From positions 100,192,001 to 100,256,000 of the forward strand of contig OZ024746.1 in assembly GCA_964016885.1 (NCBI GenBank): a stretch of 64,000 nt of DNA, in the 5' to 3' direction. Below are positions 28,958-42,120 of the stretch, in pieces. The notes beneath the pieces are model-generated. The model saw nothing but the letters and a program-made list of their open reading frames with translations, was not told the DNA's origin and searched no databases. Source of the DNA: Eledone cirrhosa (lineage: Eukaryota). A program made the translations under genes and the position numbers. Numbering within the stretch: the stretch's first letter is position 1; the number at the start of each line of letters is the position of its first letter.

Positions 28958-29385
28958 ATGGGTGCTACACAGTAATAGAGAAGACCCGCCTTACCTAAGT
29001 ACAAAGTGAAACCTACTACAGTCAGTAGGCACCTAACAAAATACACCCCCGTCCCACCACCCCCCACCCCATCCACACCGCCCCTTTCAATGTAAAGTTA
29101 TGTTGGTGTCACAACATCCAGCCCGAAACAAATGAGGTCGTGTAGGTGTCACGACAAAAACACACAGTCCACGCTGTAATGTGGCCGTGTAGGCAACACG
29201 GTAAAAACCTCTCAGCCCCACACTGTAAACGTGGTTGGTGTTAGGAAGGGCATCCAGCTGTAGAAAACCTGCCAGACAGTCCTATGCGAGCAAGACAACC
29301 ACTCTTGCTTCAAGTGGGAAAACTCCCGTCCAAACCCATGCAAGCGTGGAATATGAACGTTAAACGATGATGATGATGATGATGC
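28958..29385 (+). mobile_element. RTE LINE 3' end only (last codons and 3' UTR)
   Basis: gagaagacccgccttacctaa plus UTR nearly identical to 30925-31335. Confidence 0.88.
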
Positions 29386-29387
29386 AC

Positions 29388-29418
<31 letters not shown>

Positions 29419-29471
29419 CATATACATATATACATATACATATATACATATACATATATACATATATATAC

Positions 29472-29542
<71 letters not shown>

Positions 29543-29551
29543 CATATATAC

Positions 29552-29598
<47 letters not shown>

Positions 29599-29601
29599 TA
29601 C

Positions 29602-29650
<49 letters not shown>

Positions 29651-29653
29651 TAC

Positions 29654-29694
<41 letters not shown>

Positions 29695-29721
29695 TACATA
29701 CATATATATATATATACATAC

Positions 29722-29752
<31 letters not shown>

Positions 29753-29947
29753 CATACATATATATATACATATATATACATATATATATACATACATATA
29801 TATATACATATATATATATACATATATATATATACATATATATATATACATATATACATATATATATATACATATATATATATACATATATATATATACA
29901 TATATATATATACATATATATATAGAGGAGTTATATATACATATATA

Positions 29948-31335
29948 TAACAGAGGAGTTCAAGACAGGCTGCCCATGGGAACTCCTATACGCAGACGAC
30001 CTGACACTCATAGCGGAATCAATGGCCGAGCTAGAGAAGAAATTCCAAACATGGAAGCACGGCCTAGAGTCAAAAGGACTTAAAATTAACCTGGCTAAGA
30101 CCAAAGTACTAGTTTGTAGGAAAGAAAACAAGGCGGCGGTCCCTTCTGGGAAATGGTCGTGCTCGGTGTGTAGGAAAGGCGTAGGTAGAAACTCCATTTT
30201 ATGTCCTAAATGCAAAGTATGGGTGCATAAAAGATGTAGTGGGATCACAGGTAGGCTAACTAAGAACATAGATTTTACATGTGGCCGGTGCTCTGGTGCA
30301 ATAAGTAGCAGCAAGTGCCCACAAAATACTAGCTCTTTCAATTGCGCAGAGGGTTCTATAGAAATAGTGGACAGCTTCCGTTACCTGGGCGATAAAATCA
30401 GCAGTGGGGGAGGGTGCTCTGAAAGTACTGTAGCTAGAGTCAGAACTGGTTGGAAAAAGTTCAGAGAGCTTATACCACTATTAGCTGCTAAAGGGTTCTC
30501 ACTAAAAATGAAAGGCAGGTTGTACGATGCCTGCATACGAACAGCAATGCTGCATGGCAGTGAGACCTGGGCATTGTGTGCAGAGGATATACGCAGACTA
30601 GAGAGGAACGAAGCTTGCATGCTCTGCTGGATGTGTAACAGTAATATACGTGAACGGCAAAGCATAAATGAACTAAGGGAGAAATTAGAAATAAGAGGGA
30701 TCAGATGTTGTTTACTCGAGAGAAGGCTACGTTGGTATGGACACGTGATGCGCATGAAAGTCGATAGCTGTATAACAAAGTGCAGGGCAATAAAGATAGA
30801 CGGTAGCCACGGAATAGGCAGACCTAGAAAAACCTGGGACGAGCTGATAAACTCCGACCTCACACACTTACACCTCTCCAAGACAATGTCACTGGACCGA
30901 GACCTTTGGCGGTACTCAGTAACAGAGAAGACCCGCCTTACCTAAATACATAGTAAAACCTACTACAGCCAGTAGGCATCTCTAACAAAATACCCCCCCC
31001 CCCCCCCGTCCCACCCCCACCCCATCCACACCACCCCGTTCTATGTAAAGTTATGTTGGTGCCACACCATCCAGGCCGAAACAAATGAGATCGTGTAGGT
31101 GTCACGACAAAAAAAACACACAGTCCATGCTGTAATGTGGCCGTGTAGGCAACACGGTAAAAACCTCCCAGACCCACACTGTAAATGTGGTTGGTGTTAG
31201 GAAGGGCATCCAACTGTAGAAAACCTGCCAGACAGTCCTATGTGAGCAAGACAATCACTCTTGCTTCAAGTGGGACTACCCCCGTCCAAACCCATGCAAG
31301 CGTGGAACACGGACGTTAAATGATGATGATGATGA
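29948..31335 (+). mobile_element. RTE-clade LINE, 5'-truncated; open frame from the YADD region to the stop at 30945, with a Cys/His finger insert
   Basis: [38 protein letters not shown]; (GAT)n tail. Confidence 0.93.
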
Positions 31336-31378
31336 TATATATATGTATGTATATATTTGTATGTATGAATGTGTGTAT

Positions 31379-31409
<31 letters not shown>

Positions 31410-31837
31410 ATGTATGAATGTGTGTATTATATATATATATATATACACACATACAAAAAAAATGTGTCAACTAAACAGCAAGGAAGAAAAAGATGTTAAT
31501 TGTTGCAGACAGACGTCTTGCAGCAAGTACAAAAGACATGAAATACAATTATAATTTAAGGAAGATGAATAGAAGGTAGAGTGGAAAAGGTCTATCAATT
31601 TTGAATGCACAAAGGTAGGTGAAATGTGAGCAATGTCAAACTGTAGACTGGCACTAAACAAACAAGAGTCAGTAGGATGGGGAAATAATTATTACTTGGA
31701 GAGGAAAGGGCAAGGATTAGGTTGAGGTAGGGTTTAGAAAGAAGGAGTGAAATTATAGGTTGGGGGGTTATTATCATCATCTCTATCATCATCATCACTA
31801 TTATTATCATTATTATTATTATTTTGTTATTATTATT

Positions 31838-32065
31838 AGGGCAGTGGATTGGCAGTATCGGTAGAGCATCGGATAACATGCTTTTCAGCATAGAGTTATG
31901 GCCCTTTATACTCTGAATTCAAATCCTGCCGAAGTTATCTTTACCTTTCATCCTGACTGGGTCGATAAAATAAAGTACCAGTAATGTACTGGGGTTGATT
32001 TTAATTGACTTTCACCTTCCCACCAAATTGCTGGCCTTGTGCCAAAAGTAGAAACAATTATTATT
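31838..32065 (+). mobile_element. SINE family B
   Basis: gtggattggcagtatcggtagag...aattcaaatcc...gtcgataaaataaagtacc...ccttgtgccaaaagtagaaacaatt. Confidence 0.85.
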
Positions 32066-32386
32066 ATTGTTATTACAACAACCATAATTGTTATTTTCAA
32101 ACAAGAGTTATAGGTGTCTCAGCACACGAAAGTAGTCAGAAGAGTATAAGACAAATGTTATAGAAAGACTTCCACAAGTACTTATACATAAACAGAACAT
32201 ACACCTGGTGCGTTTCCTCGGAGTCTGGGACAACCGCAACATCCTAAAGACCAAAACTGGATATGGATACACCAGTGATTCCCAACGTGAGGTGCATGCC
32301 CCAGAGGGAAGCAATTTGAATATTCAAGGGCAGCAATTTGAAAATGATGTTAATGAGAGCAAACTTCAAATATTACCTTATTACTT

Positions 32387-35128
32387 TTACACCAAGACAA
32401 CTTTGGTTCACATTACTGTCAGAAACTCCTGTCTCACCTCCACCACATGTTATTGTACATCTGGCACCACCTACACCAAGGTAACTTTGGTACACATTAC
32501 TGTCAGAAACTCCTGTCTCACCTCCTCCATATGTTATTGTACATCTGGCACCACCTACACCAAGGTAACTTTGGTACACATTACTGTCAGAAACTCCTGT
32601 CTCACCTCCTCCACATGTTATTGTACATCTGGCACCACCTACACCAAGGTAACTTTGGTACACATTACTGTCAGAAACTCCTGTCTCACCTCCTCCACAT
32701 GTTATTGTACATCTGGCACCACCTATACCAAAGTAACTTTGGTACACATTACTGTCAGAAACTCCTGTCTCACCTCCTCCATATGTTATTGTACATCTGG
32801 CACCACCTACACCAAGGTAACTTTGGTACACATTACTGTCAGAAACTCCTGTCTCACCTCCTCCATATGTTATTGTACATCTGGCACCACCTACACCAAG
32901 GTAACTTTGGTACACATTACTGTCAGAAACTCCTGTCTCACCTCCTCCACATGTTATTGTACATCTGGCACCACCTATACCAAAGTAACTTTGGTACACA
33001 TTACTGTCAGAAACTCCTGTCTCACCTCCTCCACATGTTATTGTACATCTGGCACCACCTATACCAAAGTAACTTTGGTACACATTACTGTCAGAAACTC
33101 CTGTCTCACCTCCTCCATATGTTATTGTACATCTGGCACCACCTACACCAAGGTAACTTTGGTACACATTACTGTCAGAAACTCCTGTCTCACCTCCTCC
33201 ACATGTTATTGTACATCTGGCACCACCTATACCAAAGTAACTTTGGTACACATTACTGTCAGAAACTCCTGTCTCACCTCCTCCATATGTTATTGTACAT
33301 CTGGCACCACCTACACCAAGGTAACTTTGGTACACATTACTGTCAGAAACTCCTGTCTCACCTCCTCCACATGTTATTGTACATCTGGCACCACCTATAC
33401 CAAAGTAACTTTGGTACACATTACTGTCAGAAACTCCTGTCTCACCTCCTCCATATGTTATTGTACATCTGGCACCACCTACACCAAGGTAACTTTGGTA
33501 CACATTACTGTCAGAAACTCCTGTCTCACCTCCTCCACATGTTATTGTACATCTGGCACCACCTATACCAAAGTAACTTTGGTACACATTACTGTCAGAA
33601 ACTCCTGTCTCACCTCCTCCATATGTTATTGTACATCTGGCACCACCTACACCAAGGTAACTTTGGTACACATTACTGTCAGAAACTCCTGTCTCACCTC
33701 CTCCATATGTTATTGTACATCTGGCACCACCTACACCAAGGTAACTTTGGTACACATTACTGTCAGAAACTCCTGTCTCACCTCCTCCACATGTTATTGT
33801 ACATCTGGCACCACCTATACCAAAGTAACTTTGGTACACATTACTGTCAGAAACTCCTGTCTCACCTCCTCCACATGTTATTGTACATCTGGCACCACCT
33901 ATACCAAAGTAACTTTGGTACACATTACTGTCAGAAACTCCTGTCTCACCTCCTCCATATGTTATTGTACATCTGGCACCACCTACACCAAGGTAACTTT
34001 GGTACACATTACTGTCAGAAACTCCTGTCTCACCTCCTCCACATGTTATTGTACATCTGGCACCACCTATACCAAAGTAACTTTGGTACACATTACTGTC
34101 AGAAACTCCTGTCTCACCTCCTCCATATGTTATTGTACATCTGGCACCACCTACACCAAGGTAACTTTGGTACACATTACTGTCAGAAACTCCTGTCTCA
34201 CCTCCTCCATATGTTATTGTACATCTGGCACCACCTACACCAAGGTAACTTTGGTACACATTACTGTCAGAAACTCCTGTCTCACCTCCTCCACATGTTA
34301 TTGTACATCTGGCACCACCTACACCAAGGTAACTTTGGTACACATTACTGTCAGAAACTCCTGTCTCACCTCCTCCATATGTTATTGTACATCTGGCACC
34401 ACCTACACCAAGGTAACTTTGGTACACATTACTGTCAGAAACTCCTGTCTCACCTCCTCCATATGTTATTGTACATCTGGCACCACCTACACCAAGGTAA
34501 CTTTGGTACACATTACTGTCAGAAACTCCTGTCTCACCTCCTCCATATGTTATTGTACATCTGGCACCACCTACACCAAGGTAACTTTGGTACACATTAC
34601 TGTCAGAAACTCCTGTCTCACCTCCTCCATATGTTATTGTACATCTGGCACCACCTACACCAAGGTAACTTTGGTACACATTACTGTCAGAAACTCCTGT
34701 CTCACCTCCTCCATATGTTATTGTACATCTGGCACCACCTACACCAAGGTAACTTTGGTACACATTACTGTCAGAAACTCCTGTCTCACCTCCTCCATAT
34801 GTTATTGTACATCTGGCACCACCTACACCAAGGTAACTTTGGTACACATTACTGTCAGAAACTCCTGTCTCACCTCCTCCATATGTTATTGTACATCTGG
34901 CACCACCTACACCAAGGTAACTTTGGTACACATTACTGTCAGAAACTCCTGTCTCACCTCCTCCATATGTTATTGTACATCTGGCACCACCTACACCAAG
35001 GTAACTTTGGTACACATTACTGTCAGAAACTCCTGTCTCACCTCCTCCATATGTTATTGTACATCTGGCACCACCTATACCAAAGTAACTTTGGTACACA
35101 TTACTGTCAGAAACTCCTGTCTCACCTG
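32387..35128 (+). repeat. 84-bp tandem repeat (28 codons), ~32 near-identical copies, open in three reading frames
   Basis: Unit tacaccaaggtaactttggtacacattactgtcagaaactcctgtctcacctcctccatatgttattgtacatctggcaccacc; recurs at 32472 and 32556 (period 84; this is the satellite loosely listed as 60 bp in the summary). Confidence 0.95.
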
Positions 35129-35255
35129 TCTTCAACAGATTTATATATGTATGTATGTAGAGAGAGAGAGAGAGAGATATGTATGTGTATATGTATACAT
35201 ACACATAACTATATATACGCTTTCACTATACATATGGTATAGTGAAAGCGTATAT

Positions 35256-35573
35256 AGAGCATTGGCCTTGCAATCAAAAGGTTGTGAGTTCAATTCTCAG
35301 ACCGGGTGATGTGTTGTTTCCTTGAGCAAGAAACTTTATTTCACATTTCTCCAGTTACTCAGCTGTAGAAATGAGATGATAGGGACTGGGGTCCCTATCA
35401 TTCCACTGCAAAGTGGTCGTGGAGGTATCACAGCAAAAAAGCACCCAGCACTCACTGTAAATGAGGTTGGTGTTAGGAAGGGCATCCAGCTGTAGAAATC
35501 AAGCCAGAATCAGTTCCCGCCCCACCCTTGCAAGCAGGGAAAAAGCGGACGTAAAATGAAATGATGATGATGA
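35256..35573 (+). mobile_element. SINE family A, slightly 5'-truncated
   Basis: Matches 9312-9627. Confidence 0.88.
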
Positions 35574-35574
35574 T

Positions 35575-35698
35575 ACATATATACATACACATATATTTAT
35601 ATATATACATACACATATATATACACATACATATATATATATATATACATACACATATATATACACATACATATACACATACATATATATATATACAT

Positions 35699-35739
<41 letters not shown>

Positions 35740-36078
35740 CACATATATACACATATATATACACACATACATATATATATATACACACATATATATACAC
35801 ATACATATATATATATACACATATATATACACATACATATATATATACACATACATATATATATACACATACATATATATATACACATACATATACATAT
35901 ATACATATACATATATACATACATATACATATACATATATACATACATATACATATATACATATACATATATACATACATACATATACATATATACATAC
36001 ATATACATATATACATACATATACATATATACATACATATACATATATACATACATATACATACATACACATACATAC

Positions 36079-36113
<35 letters not shown>

Positions 36114-36172
36114 CATACATATATATTTATATACATTTATATATATATATATACATAATCTCTATATATACA
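35575..36172. repeat. (TA)/(TACA) microsatellite
   Basis: Directly visible. Confidence 0.95.
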
Positions 36173-36277
36173 TAGAGTGCATAGCTCAGAGATCATCTAT
36201 CAAGTAATGTTACTCCAAAGACCCTTCGGAGGAACCCCATTTCGGCCAATTGTATTCTTGATATTATTCTTTCGGTC

Positions 36278-36488
36278 ATTATTAACTATTAAGTGGATTG
36301 GCAGTATCGGTGGAGGGTCGGACACCATGCTTTCCAGCAGAGTTACGTCCCTTTATGATCTGAGTTCAAATCCTGCCGAGGTTAACTTTGCCTTTCATCC
36401 TTACGGAATCGATAAAATAAAGTACCAGTAATGCACTGGGTAATTGCTGGCCTTGTGCCAAATGTAGAAACAATTATTAACTATTAAG
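36278..36488 (+). mobile_element. SINE family B with 16-bp TSD
   Basis: attattaactattaag at 36278 and 36473 flanks a near full-length copy. Confidence 0.9.
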
Positions 36489-36820
36489 CAAAATAAGCAG
36501 GTGCTTGGGGTCTTAAGAGGGATCCCATTGTTATTTTCCAGTGGCCAGATTTGCAGTGGGCCACAGTGGAGTGTTACAGCTAAACCAGGGCCCATAAAAA
36601 AGGGTCTCTATAATCTTTTTCATGCTTAGAACCTCTAAAGGTCTTAATCCGACCCTGATCATGGTAGATGTTCAGTATTTATTTCGGTGACTCTAGGAAC
36701 AATGAAAATGTAGCCTATGTTGATTAAAGCAATATTTGAGCTCATAAGGAATTATAAGCAGCTTAGTTTTTTTATAATCAACTCATCTCATCTTTTATGT
36801 CTCATATTTAGCTAAACAAT

Positions 36821-36981
36821 ATTATTTTGTTAGCTTTCATTCCTGCTCTCGGAGTTTAAATCCCACCGAGGTCAACTTTGCCTTTCATCCTTTAGAGGTT
36901 GATAAAATAAAGTACCAACAATGCCTGGGATAATTGCTGGCCTTGTGCCAAAAGTAGAAACAATTATTTTGTTAGCTTTCA
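36821..36981 (+). mobile_element. 5'-truncated SINE family B with 19-bp TSD
   Basis: attattttgttagctttca at 36821 and 36963. Confidence 0.88.
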
Positions 36982-37466
36982 AATGATAAACATCTTGTGT
37001 ATATTAGAGTAATTTTATAGGGAGAGAATGAACATTTGGAACATGTGATTCTAATGCTCATGACAACAAGGTAAATCTGGGCTGTTTTATTTATCAGTCA
37101 AATGACATAAATAGAGGTTTCCTCACCAGATTGATACAAATTATTTTAATAATTATGGTGTGAATAACTTTACATGGGTGTTGTATACACTTACTAGAAA
37201 TAATCATTATTACTGAAGCAGAAAGAGTGTTTATCATGGCAGAAATGTAAAGAAATGTCTCTACCAAAAACTTTCTATCTCGACACAATGAATATAGATT
37301 TGATCCTAGTCAATAACTATCATTATGATTCATGCAGTCCTTATTTTCTGCTCATAAATAAGAAAAAAAGATAAAAGAAACATTCATTATTTCTGTTCAT
37401 TGAAGTTAATATCAGTCAATATAAGTTTATCATTCTTGAAGCAGTAAACAGGTATAAGAAAATGCT

Positions 37467-37752
37467 TTAACCCTTTAGCATTTAAACCAGCCATATCCGG
37501 CCAGAATTCTATCACCTCTTTCTGTTCAAACTGGCTGTAACCAGCCGTTCATACTGATGTTACCCTTTAGCATTTATATTTACTATTGTATTTTCATGGT
37601 AAAGGCTTTACCTTGCATAATATCGAATCTACAAGATTTTGATGTTATTTATTTCGAGAACAATACTTTAATGTCAATATGAGCAGCCAGTTATGACCAG
37701 TTTTAACAGAAAGAAGTGAGAGAATTCAGGCCAGATACAGCTGGGTTAAATG
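37467..37752. mobile_element. Two piggyBac MITE-1 copies in opposite orientation (partial forward, then reverse)
   Basis: Forward 5' half to ~37560, then ttaccctttagcatttatattt... reverse copy. Confidence 0.7.
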
Positions 37753-38089
37753 TCCCTTCAACCACTACTAAAATGGCTACTGTTCTTAATTAGTGAACTG
37801 TAAACCTATATTTTGTCCCTACCACCACCACTGCAATACCTACTGCCACCACCACTACAATACCTACTACCACCACCACAATACCTACTACTACTACAAT
37901 ACCTACTACCACTACAATACATACTACTACTACCACTACAATAGCTATGATCTTCAAATAATGTTGAAAATAATTCAAAATTTGGAGAAATTTAGTTGCT
38001 TCTGAGATGACCCAATGGAAGGAGTATTCCTCTCAGGAATAAATGGGCAAAGAAGAAGCAAAAGAAGAAGAGAAGATATCTGGAACACT

Positions 38090-38490
38090 ATTTTTTACAG
38101 ATGGATGCCCTACCTAACACCAACCACATTTACAGTGTGGACTGGGAGCCTTTTCACTGCGTCTCCTACATGGCCACCTTACAGTGTGGACTATAGGTTT
38201 GTATGTAATGGCAGTCAGGTCTTCTGTACAACTGCATGGCGCCAAAGGTCTCGATCCAGTGTCATTATCTTAGAGAGGTCTACCCACTCCGCAGCTTCCA
38301 TCAATTTTCATTGCCCTGCACTTTTTTATACAGCTGTCATCCTTTATACGCATCACATGTCTATGCCAACACAATCTCCTCTCCAGAACACAACATTTGA
38401 TACCTCTTATGCTTAGTCTCCCTCTTAATTCGTTTATGCTTTGCTTTTCGCGCACATTACTATTACACACCCATCGGAGTATGCAAGCTG
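38090..38490 (-). mobile_element. Older RTE LINE 3' fragment
   Basis: CNSNVREKQSINELRGRLSIRGIKCCVLERRL, homologous to the 30022 ORF, plus UTR. Confidence 0.85.
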
Positions 38491-38513
38491 ATAGTCGTTT
38501 GTTTATTTATTTA

Positions 38514-38738
38514 CATAGTCTGTTCACTTTTTACGCGAAGATGCCTTTGAATGCGGTGTGTAAAACAAATTCACGTAATTCATTTCTAATGTTATATTAT
38601 ATTTCTGATAAATAAAAAAATTAAAAACCGCACAAGTTATAGCAAGTTATTCCCGCAAAGTGAATATTTGATAAACTTTTTTCAAGAGGCTTTAAATCGA
38701 ATTCACATACTTCAACTTTGTGTAAAAAGCGAACACAC

Positions 38739-38742
<4 letters not shown>
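38514..38742. mobile_element. Tc1/mariner-type MITE
   Basis: TA-catagtctgttcactttttac ... gtaaaaagcgaacacactctg-TA imperfect TIRs. Confidence 0.7.
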
Positions 38743-38773
<31 letters not shown>

Positions 38774-39489
38774 TATATATAATACTTTCATGTTCCATTT
38801 TATAAAATATGAAGTTAAAACCAAGCAGTTTTCTATCATAGAATGAGGGCAGTTTCAGGTAGGTTGGTGTCAAAAGGGTTAAATGTAAAATTATCCAGAC
38901 TAGATTGAACATAACACCATATATGGTATTGACAGAAGGATGGTAAAAGACTTGGTCTATCTCAGAAGATTTGAACTCAATGTCAAGATATGCAACTAAA
39001 TACACAAGATATTTTTTCCATCACTCTACCAATTATAGCAATCCTCTACCCTTATTAATGTTAAATTAATTAACTAATTATCTAACCAGTTATGTGTTTA
39101 TCTCACCTGCATTATTAGTCATTTCAGCATCCATATATTATTTCGAGTTAATTAGAAACATCTTAGAGGTGTTTACAAATATTCTCAAAGTTAATTAATC
39201 TAAACGGAAGTTAAAAAGAAATATAATCGTTACCTATCTCTTTCTATCTCTCTCTATCCATCTCTGTCTCTCTCTATCTATCCATCTATCTATCTATCTA
39301 TCTCTCTTTATCTTTTATATCAGCCACAGTACTTACATAGTTTTTCAAACCTGGTAGTTATTTTATCAATGTTTTCTGATGAACAGCTAAGTCACATGAT
39401 ACACCTCATGGAAAATGGTCGTTAAACGACGATAAGCTCAAACGTAAACACGTAAACGCGCACACACACACACACACACACAATCATAC

Positions 39490-39676
39490 TCATTGTATTA
39501 TGTTAGTTTTTCCATACTTGGATGGTTGGACAAGTTTTTTCCAGCACAGTATCCCTCCACTCATCGCAGTCCTTTGTCATCGCCTCTGTGAGATTAAACA
39601 ATTTGAGATCAGCTCTCTCAGATTCCATCTAGATCGTCCTTGGTCTCCCTCAGATGCCATTTCCTTCCACTGAGAT
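39490..39676 (-). mobile_element. Highly decayed RTE 3' end
   Basis: Minus translation VEG..GRPR...ADLK..LTEAMTKD.DEWR..VLEKT. Confidence 0.6.
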
Positions 39677-39724
39677 TTCTTGAGGTTGCAAAAGCAAAAT
39701 TAACAATATATCCATATCTGTGCT

Positions 39725-39869
39725 TATATAAGATTTAATATAGAAATGGCTTCTACAGGACTAGAACTGTTTCATTCGAAAGAAATCATCCGGATAGCCC
39801 TTAATGATTTCTTTCGAATGAAACAGTTCTAGTTTTGTAGAACCTATTTCTATATTAAATCTTGTATAT
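39725..39869. repeat. Fold-back element (65-bp arms) with hammerhead-like remnant
   Basis: 39725-39789 pairs with 39804-39869; minus strand CGGATGA-tttctttcgaat-GAAAC..GTC. Confidence 0.7.
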
Positions 39870-39930
39870 ACTCTACTAATGTATTGAGTACTTCACTTAC
39901 TGTGGTTACCCCCAATTGAAACTGGGACTC

Positions 39931-39962
<32 letters not shown>

Positions 39963-40026
39963 TCACTCAGGCATACACCTACACACGCACAAGTACGTGT
40001 GTAAATATGTACAAATTAAATGTGCT

Positions 40027-40246
40027 TTATCCTTTAGAATTTACATTACTCTATATATACTGTTGTACTTTCACTGTAAAGGCTTTACCTCACATAATAT
40101 CTCATAATATCGAATCTGAGATTTTGATATTTATTTTAAGAACAATACTTCAACATCAGTATGAGCAGCCGGTTACAGCCAGTTTGAACAGAAAGAGGTG
40201 AAAGAATACTGGCCGGATATGGCTGGTTTAAATGCTAAAGGGTTAA
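40027..40246 (-). mobile_element. piggyBac-type MITE family 1
   Basis: Ends ggtttaaatgctaaaggg-TTAA; body is the reverse complement of the 6019 copy. Confidence 0.8.
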
Positions 40247-40735
40247 GTGGAAGAAAGTGATAGAGAAACTTTAGCTGGAATAAACAAGAGAAATGAGGTT
40301 AAAACAACAACTAAATAAATATCTATTTTACATTTAGTTCTGAATTAAAATTACATTGAGGCCATGTATCTCTGCTCTGTAAGGGTTAATAAGACACGCT
40401 CCAGTTATATACTTGATTAAGTCTAATCAGATATCTCTTAGAAAATGTAGACTTGTGCCTAATAAGCAACTAATACAGATAGAAAGATAAGTAGGTAGAT
40501 AGGTAAAGAGATAGACAGACATAATAATATAACAAAAGTTAATGTAAAACCCAATGATATGATATTTCCTTTTTATCTATCTCTTCTCATATATCAATAA
40601 CATTGCTAAAAGTAGGTCTCTTAGACTACATTTCCACTAAAAGGGGGTCGATAAAACAAAGGACCAGTTCAGAAGTGGGATAGGCATAGTTGTTAACCCT
40701 TTTAGGAGCACATTTCTAATGAAATACACTCTTTT

Positions 40736-41086
40736 CAGTTGTCCCATGTCAAGTCAGGTAAGGTGACCATGCCTTATACAGGACTGTTTCTGGCTTGAGT
40801 ATCTATGGCTGGATGCCCTTCCTAATCCAACTTTCCCTTATACATTACTTCATAGTTTCCAATTAGTTCAATTATTCACCCTTTCATAGTTGCATTTCTA
40901 ATGAAATATACTATTTTAATTAATTAATGAAGAATTTTGAAGGATTTATTAAAATTATTAATTATTTCATTACTTATATAAAATTATGTTAGAAGATTTT
41001 AATTTAAATTGAAAACTTTTAAAATGGGTGGTTTTATTTCATAGAACCAGAGCTGGTTTTGACCAGGTTGGTAACTAAAGGGTTAA
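40736..41086 (+). repeat. Composite block (retroposon tail, spacer, piggyBac MITE-2), duplicated at 63227-63606
   Basis: Colinear similarity across the element junctions; both end gtaactaaagggTTAA. Confidence 0.8.
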
Positions 41087-41411
41087 AGCAACAAGCGAGA
41101 TGCCTTGCGGCATTGATTTTAAATGTAAAAATAAATATAAAAAACAGTCAATTATAAGATCAGAAATGAATATCATTGGATTACAATGACATAAGTAACT
41201 AAAACGTTGATGGTAAGATGTTAAATTTAACATCAATTTGGTCAATTGTAAAATATATATATAAAGGCTCCATTAAGCTTAAAATGCCCAAGAAATGCCA
41301 TATATCAATCGGCATGACTCCATCAGGAATTACGAGGCCTAAAGAAGAATATATATATATTTACTGTCACTAATGCAGGCATGTTTATATATATATATAT
41401 ATATATATATA

Positions 41412-41980
41412 AAACCACCCAAAAAGCACCCAGCCCACACAAGTGGACATGTAAAAGACCCATACTATCAATGTGGTTGACATTAAGAAGGGCATCCAGC
41501 CATAGAAAACCAGCCAGAAACAGTCCTATCTGAGCGAGACACGGTCACCTGACCCAACTTGCCTCTAAATGGGACAAACTTGTCTAACCCATACTAGTGT
41601 GGAAGATAGACATTAATCAATGATGATGATGATGGTTATATATATGAAACCTACAATCAGTAGGCACCAAATATACACCCCAACCCACTACCCGTACTCC
41701 ATCCTCCCATTCCCATCAACACCACACCTTTCTCTGTAAAGTTATGTTGGTACCACAACACCCAGTCCAAAATGAGATCGTGTAGGTGTCACGACAAAAA
41801 AACACACAGTCCACGCTGTGATGTGGCCGTGTAGGTAACACGGTAAAAAGGCTCCCTGTCCACACTGTAAATGTGATTGGTGTTAGGAAGGGCATCCCAA
41901 TCAATCTTGCCTCAAGTGGGACAATTCCCGTCTAACCCATGCTAGCGTGGACAATACGCGTTAAACGATGATGATGATAT
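41412..41980 (+). mobile_element. Two tandem RTE/SINE 3' UTR copies
   Basis: aagggcatcc...aacccat.ctag.gtgga...(GAT)n occurs twice; the second matches 30955-31335. Confidence 0.75.
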
Positions 41981-42120
41981 ATATATAGTAAGAGGTTAAC
42001 CGGAACTGACCAACATTTCTGCCAAATTTCTTAGGGTCATACTGGGGACGGCCATCTAGGAATAGTTCCAGCTGGCCCCTGTATCAAGATACGTCCAGCT
42101 GGCCCTCTGAATCAAGATAC

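Noticed and set aside
32108-32300. Possible decayed R4-like 3' end after an (ATT)n run
   Set aside because: Too degenerate to support from translation by eye
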